Source: an uncultured Ruficoccus sp.
GTDB taxonomy: Bacteria > Verrucomicrobiota > Verrucomicrobiia > Opitutales > Cerasicoccaceae
DNA: 64,000 nucleotides
Direction: 5' to 3'
NCBI GenBank assembly: GCA_965140785.1
Contig: OZ223497.1
Coordinates: forward strand, 192,001-256,000
Both the position numbers and the translations under genes were made by a program. Position 1 is the stretch's first letter. Each line of letters opens with the position of its first letter. The notes beneath the pieces were generated by a model. The model did not search any database. It worked only from the letters and a program-made list of their open reading frames with translations, and was not told the DNA's origin. Below are positions 59,761-64,000 of the stretch, one piece after another.

Positions 59761-61431
59761 TTACGCTTCAGCCATGGTTTTTCTGTATGCGATAAAGTCC
59801 TTATGCATACGCTGGAAGATCTGGTACTTGGCCTGGTGGTAACGGGCGGTGGCGCCTTGGGTGGGTTTGATGCTTTTACCAACGGCGTTCATGGCGTTCA
59901 TGGCAGCGAGGACGGTGTTGTGGGTGCCGGCAGCGACCGAGCCGAGGACGGCTCCCCCGAGCAGAACGGCTTCGGGCTCCTGGGGGAGAATCAGCGTGCA
60001 GCCGGTGATGTCGGCATGCTCGCGCATGAAGACCCGGTTTTTCGTGCCACCCCCGCAGATAAAAAGGGTGTTGATGGCATAGCCTTTCTGGTTGAGCGCC
60101 TCAAGGATGTGGCGGGTGCCATAGGCGACGGCCTGAATGGTGGCCAAGTACTGGCGAGCGAGGTCGTCGCGGGTGGCCGAGAGGGTTAGACCGCTGATCA
60201 TGCCCTTGAGTGTGGCGTCGGCGCGGGGCGAGCGGTTGCCGTGGAAGTCAGGCTGGATGTGCAGCTCGCGGGTCACCTCGGCGGGGAAACGGCAGCCTTC
60301 GGCTTCAGCCAGGGCATCGGCATGATCGTTGAGCAGGTCGAAGATGCTTCGACCGCTCTTGTCGGCATCGGCCTGAAGCGCGGGCGTGGCCGGGTGGTTA
60401 AAAATAACGTGGTCGATGAGGGCGCCTACGGCGGACTGGCCGCCCTCGGTCAGCCACAGGCCGGGGACCATGGCCGAGAAGTACGGACCCCAGACACCCT
60501 TGATGTAACGGGGCTCGGGGGAGACGGCCATATGGCAGGAAGAGGTGCCGCCGATCAGTGCCAAGCGCCTGTTCAAGGTGGCCGGGCCAACCTTTTGTTT
60601 GCCCAGCTTGGCCCCGAGCAGCCCGAGGCCGCCGGCGTGTGCGTCGATGATCGAGACACCCACGGGCGTGCCCTCGGCCAGGCCGAGAGCTTTGGCTGCG
60701 GCGGCGCTGAGGCCGTTGCCCACCGGCTCGCCCATGGGGCGCACGCGGGTGCCGATGCGCTTGAAATTCTCCTTCACGAAGTCGCCCAAGCCGATGCTTT
60801 CAAAGTATGCTTTATCCCAGCCGGCACCGTCGAGGCCCTGATGACCAAGGTAGGTCCACTTGCACACGAGCGAACACAGCGAGCGGGTTGTCTCGCCGGT
60901 GGCGCGGTAGGTCAGGTAGTCCGGCAAATCAAAAAAGTGTGCGGCTCGCTTCCAGGCTTGAGGCAGGTTTTCCTTAACCCAAAGCAGCTTCGGGGTCTGC
61001 ATCTCGGGCGAGATGACCCCGCCGACGTAGCGCAGGACCTTATGCTTGCCGCGGTTGATGCGCGCGGTTTGCTCCAGAGCGCGGTGGTCCATCCATACGA
61101 TTACGTTCTGCTCGTCAGAGCCGGTGGGGCTGAGCGAGACCGGGGCGCCCTCCGCATCGATCGCAACCAGCGAGCAGGTGGCATCGAATCCGATTCCGGC
61201 TACCTGTCCGGGCTTGGCCCCGGCCTGCTTCAAGGCGGCGCGGGTAGCCGTGCAACAGGCCTGCCAAATGGCCTCCGAGGACTGCTCCACGAAGTCCGGC
61301 TTGGGCTTCCACATCGGGATGTCTTGTTTGGCGCTGGCGAGCATCTGCCCCCCCGCTGTGAAAAGTCCGGCACGTGCGCTGCCGGTGCCGACATCGATAC
61401 CAAGGAAAAGGGAAGAGGGAGACTTCTTCAT
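59761..61431 (-). CDS. FGGY-family pentulose kinase (D-ribulokinase-like)
   Basis: [50 protein letters not shown]. Confidence 0.88.
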   Translation of the reverse strand: MKKSPSSLFLGIDVGTGSARAGLFTAGGQMLASAKQDIPMWKPKPDFVEQSSEAIWQACCTATRAALKQAGAKPGQVAGIGFDATCSLVAIDAEGAPVSLSPTGSDEQNVIVWMDHRALEQTARINRGKHKVLRYVGGVISPEMQTPKLLWVKENLPQAWKRAAHFFDLPDYLTYRATGETTRSLCSLVCKWTYLGHQGLDGAGWDKAYFESIGLGDFVKENFKRIGTRVRPMGEPVGNGLSAAAAKALGLAEGTPVGVSIIDAHAGGLGLLGAKLGKQKVGPATLNRRLALIGGTSSCHMAVSPEPRYIKGVWGPYFSAMVPGLWLTEGGQSAVGALIDHVIFNHPATPALQADADKSGRSIFDLLNDHADALAEAEGCRFPAEVTRELHIQPDFHGNRSPRADATLKGMISGLTLSATRDDLARQYLATIQAVAYGTRHILEALNQKGYAINTLFICGGGTKNRVFMREHADITGCTLILPQEPEAVLLGGAVLGSVAAGTHNTVLAAMNAMNAVGKSIKPTQGATARYHQAKYQIFQRMHKDFIAYRKTMAEA

Positions 61432-61678
61432 CAGGTTATTCTTGAATAAGACAAAGTATGTTCAGGGTGCGAAAAACGATGCCCCAGTAACGCCAGTAGC
61501 CGTTAGTAATGAAGCGCCGTCTTGGTGGTGTCCAGTGGCACCTTATCAATGCAGTCGAGATGGGGAATTATCAGTAGTAGCGAAGATTAAGAGACGATAA
61601 GCGCGGTATGACTCAAGGTACTTTGACGAGTATTTCTGTATATTGCGAATCATTGGCGTGGAAGTGAGGTTTTGCCAA

Positions 61679-61694
61679 GGACAAACGTTTTTTC
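61679..61694. promoter_or_regulatory. Putative LacI operator (reverse complement GAAAAAACGTTTGTCC)
   Basis: Upstream of the FGGY kinase; shares GAAAAAACGTTT with 58463-58474. Confidence 0.5.
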
Positions 61695-61739
61695 AAAAGA
61701 TTTTTGTTTGGCACCTGTGGATATCGAAAGAGGCGCTCT

Positions 61740-62010
61740 GTGCCGGGGCTGGCCTGGATGGAGAGAAGCGGGGGCCGTAACTGTGTTTTTCGCCGAACAT
61801 GGCAAGTGCAGCATGCTCCCGGCCATCGAGCATATGGCAATGGTTCGCACGCGGGAGTGGAAACTGGTCGGCCTATGCGGATCGGGAGTATGGCGAGCTT
61901 TACAACATGACGAGATATCCCCAGAAAGTGGACAACCATTGGGCCGAGCGGCTATCCCGCGTGAGCTTGAGGAGAGCCTGGTGGAGCATCAGTGCGACCC
62001 GGTTCCGGCA
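61740..62010 (+). pseudogene. Sulfatase C-terminal remnant
   Basis: VF(F)AEHG..MVRTREWKLV..YGELYNM..P..DN.W spread over shifting frames. Confidence 0.55.
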
Positions 62011-62120
62011 TGCTGACTGGAGGCTTCGTGGGCACGCTTCTGCACGATGAACGCGAGGATGACCGGGAGCAGAGAGTTGCGAGGCTTTCTTTACGCTCTA
62101 ACGTGCCATACCCAGACAAC

Positions 62121-62160
62121 CCCCGCGCTGGTTTTGAAATGAATCAAGACCAGCGCGGGG
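62121..62160 (-). terminator. Hairpin downstream of the GH81-like gene
   Basis: CCCCGCGCTGGT-T-TTGA..TCAA-G-ACCAGCGCGGGG stem; weak U-tract. Confidence 0.55.
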
Positions 62161-62172
62161 AGGGGTATGCCG

Positions 62173-64000
62173 TTACTCGACGGCAAAGTTCTGCGTAACG
62201 CTGATCATTTTCTTGGGCGGCACGGTCATGACGCCAGAGACATTGGCGGCGGCGACGCTGCCGTCGGCGCCGAGCCGGTCGAAGACCGCATAGCGGGTTT
62301 CCCAGCCGGGGTTGAAGGCGATGAAAGTCGTCTCCACCGAGTCGCCGCTTTCGGAGAGTTTGGAGAAGCTCGCCAGCATGAGGATGGAGCCGTCGTCGTC
62401 CGTGCCGCCGCTGTCGGTGGCGCGCCCAAGATAGGTCCAGTCCGGCGTGCCGTAGGCATCGAGTGCGTGCAGGAAGTGGAGCATCGAGGTCGCCGAAAAG
62501 GCGGGCTGGTGCGGGACTTCGCGCCCGGCCGCTCCGTTGAGGGAGGCCCAGCTCGCCCAGACGCGGTCCACATACGGGTCCGGCCCGTCGGGGTCGAGGG
62601 CGGTGCCCGCCGCGTCCAGCGGCTCGTCGCCGGGGTTGTAGGGGACACCGGAGAGGGCGGAGGTCATAGCCATGGCCAACCAGTTGCCCGGCTGGTACAG
62701 GGCGGAGTCGCGCGCCGCGCGCCACTCCTCACGCATCATGGCTCCGGCCCACTTGCGCATGTAGCCGGAGTTGCGGGAGATGCCCAGGGTCCACGCGGTG
62801 GGCGGGTAGGCGATGATGAACTTCGAGCCCGTCGGGTAGGCGTAGAAGAAGTTGTTCAGCGTGGGGCCGAACTTGCGGTAGAGGGAGACCCCAGGCGAGG
62901 CCTCACCGCCGAAGTACGGCTCGGACTTGTAGAAGGCCTCGTGCGCGCCGTCGTTATAGGTGGAGTTGGGCGGATAGGAGTTGTTGCCGCCGTTGTTGGG
63001 TATGCTGGAGGAGGCAACGGTGGTGACCGGAATCCACGAGTACTGGTTGAGCGTGTCGTTGTCGGAGAGGTTGTAGTTCTTGTCCTGGAAGTACAGGTCG
63101 CTGGTGGCCATGCCCGTGGCGAGCATGTACAGGCCCACGTCCACGAGGGGTTTGCGGTCCGTGCCCGCGCCCCAGAGAATGGCAGCACTGTAGGCCTGAA
63201 GCCCTTCCCAGGTGGAGTTCTCGTTCTCGTCCCCGAAGCCGAAGTTACCCGTGCCGGAGCTGACGGCGACGCTCCAAGGGGTGGCCGGGTCGCGCAGGCC
63301 GGCGGGGCCGGGCGGGATGCCGGTAGCCCAGCCGTGGCCGTTCCACTGGTCGAAGAAGGGTAGCTTCTGGTAGGTGAACTCGCTGACCTCGTAGATGTCG
63401 TTGAGCAGGGATGAGTTGTCCGGGTCGTAGGCGACGGAGAGGTACCACTGCTCCATCGCGGTGCCCATCTGGCCCGGCGAGGCCCACAGGTCGTTGGGCT
63501 TGCCGGAGATGCTCTCGTCCCACGAGTGGTCGAAGATCGCGGCCCAGCCGGCCACACCGAGGTAGTAGCCGAAGAAATAGTGCTGGTCATTCCACTGATC
63601 GGAGACCCCGAAACCGCTCCAGAGCTTACCCGGCTTCCAGGCGCTGAGGCCGGTCTTGCCCGCGTTGTCCGGCGGGTTAGCGGGCGGATTGTGGATGGAG
63701 CTGACCACACCGTAGACGGGGATTGTCGCGGTCGGGTTGATCAGGATGCGCCCGACGTTGGTGTCGTAGAGCGTGAAGTAGTCCATCTGCCAGGTCTGGC
63801 TCAGCTCGCCCGGCGCCAGGTTCTCGGTCGGGTTGTTATGGTAGGTCGGGTCCTGTTGCAGGATGCTGAGCGTGCGCTGCATCATTTGCACCGAGCTTTG
63901 GAGCGCACCCCGCAGCGTGAAGAGCGGGTTGTGCTCGCGCAGGATGGGCAAGCCGCGCTCGTAGGTGTAGGGCTCCTCGGTCCGGAAGACTGTGTTGCCC
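62173..64000 (-). CDS. Divergent GH81-like glycoside hydrolase (5' end outside the window)
   Basis: Frame open to the window edge; WNDQHYFFGYY, FFDQWNGHGWATG, ENENSTWEG, ILWG. Confidence 0.6.
   Translation of the reverse strand, partial: GNTVFRTEEPYTYERGLPILREHNPLFTLRGALQSSVQMMQRTLSILQQDPTYHNNPTENLAPGELSQTWQMDYFTLYDTNVGRILINPTATIPVYGVVSSIHNPPANPPDNAGKTGLSAWKPGKLWSGFGVSDQWNDQHYFFGYYLGVAGWAAIFDHSWDESISGKPNDLWASPGQMGTAMEQWYLSVAYDPDNSSLLNDIYEVSEFTYQKLPFFDQWNGHGWATGIPPGPAGLRDPATPWSVAVSSGTGNFGFGDENENSTWEGLQAYSAAILWGAGTDRKPLVDVGLYMLATGMATSDLYFQDKNYNLSDNDTLNQYSWIPVTTVASSSIPNNGGNNSYPPNSTYNDGAHEAFYKSEPYFGGEASPGVSLYRKFGPTLNNFFYAYPTGSKFIIAYPPTAWTLGISRNSGYMRKWAGAMMREEWRAARDSALYQPGNWLAMAMTSALSGVPYNPGDEPLDAAGTALDPDGPDPYVDRVWASWASLNGAAGREVPHQPAFSATSMLHFLHALDAYGTPDWTYLGRATDSGGTDDDGSILMLASFSKLSESGDSVETTFIAFNPGWETRYAVFDRLGADGSVAAANVSGVMTVPPKKMISVTQNFAVE

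Noticed and set aside
1..64000. rRNA, tRNA, riboswitch, prophage or defence systems
   Set aside because: None recognised by eye; a covariance-model scan would be needed to exclude small RNAs

Overview
High-GC bacterial window. PEP-CTERM proteins, expanded LacI regulators, prepilin/PilX-like proteins and the CAZyme content suggest Verrucomicrobiota, probably Opitutales (inference). Layout: (1) 41-6105, a C30 carotenoid cluster (crtN, crtO, crtQ, crtP/crtNb, aldH) with no crtM in view; (2) cvfB, IS3 remnants and a frameshifted sulfatase; (3) about 10.3-27.2 kb, a glycan-utilisation region (GH2-malectin, PEP-CTERM LamG protein, LacI, GH71-like lipoprotein, O-acetylesterase, a 1133-aa PilX/Verru_Chthon-A-like protein, pyruvyl-transferase-like protein, second PEP-CTERM protein, AraC), with four promoter regions sharing the 14-bp near-palindrome CTYATCAMGATRAG; (4) general genes (methyltransferase, GT4, ABC-F, alsS-DoxX-NAGPA-CMD operon, ADP-ribosylglycohydrolase); (5) a ~3200-aa GH81 + 6x CBM32 + GH3 beta-1,3-glucanase; (6) a second pilin/LamG/PEP-CTERM/beta-helix-enzyme module with its own palindrome; (7) a LacI/FGGY kinase unit and a partial, divergent GH81. 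The best candidate for an undescribed system is the recurring LacI-controlled cassette of pilin-like protein + LamG/PEP-CTERM surface protein + CAZyme, with no SusC/SusD/TonB gene. Several decayed sugar-utilisation gene remnants and some single-base homopolymer frameshifts (possibly sequencing errors) are present. No rRNA, tRNA or CRISPR array was seen. All family calls are by motif recognition, not database search.
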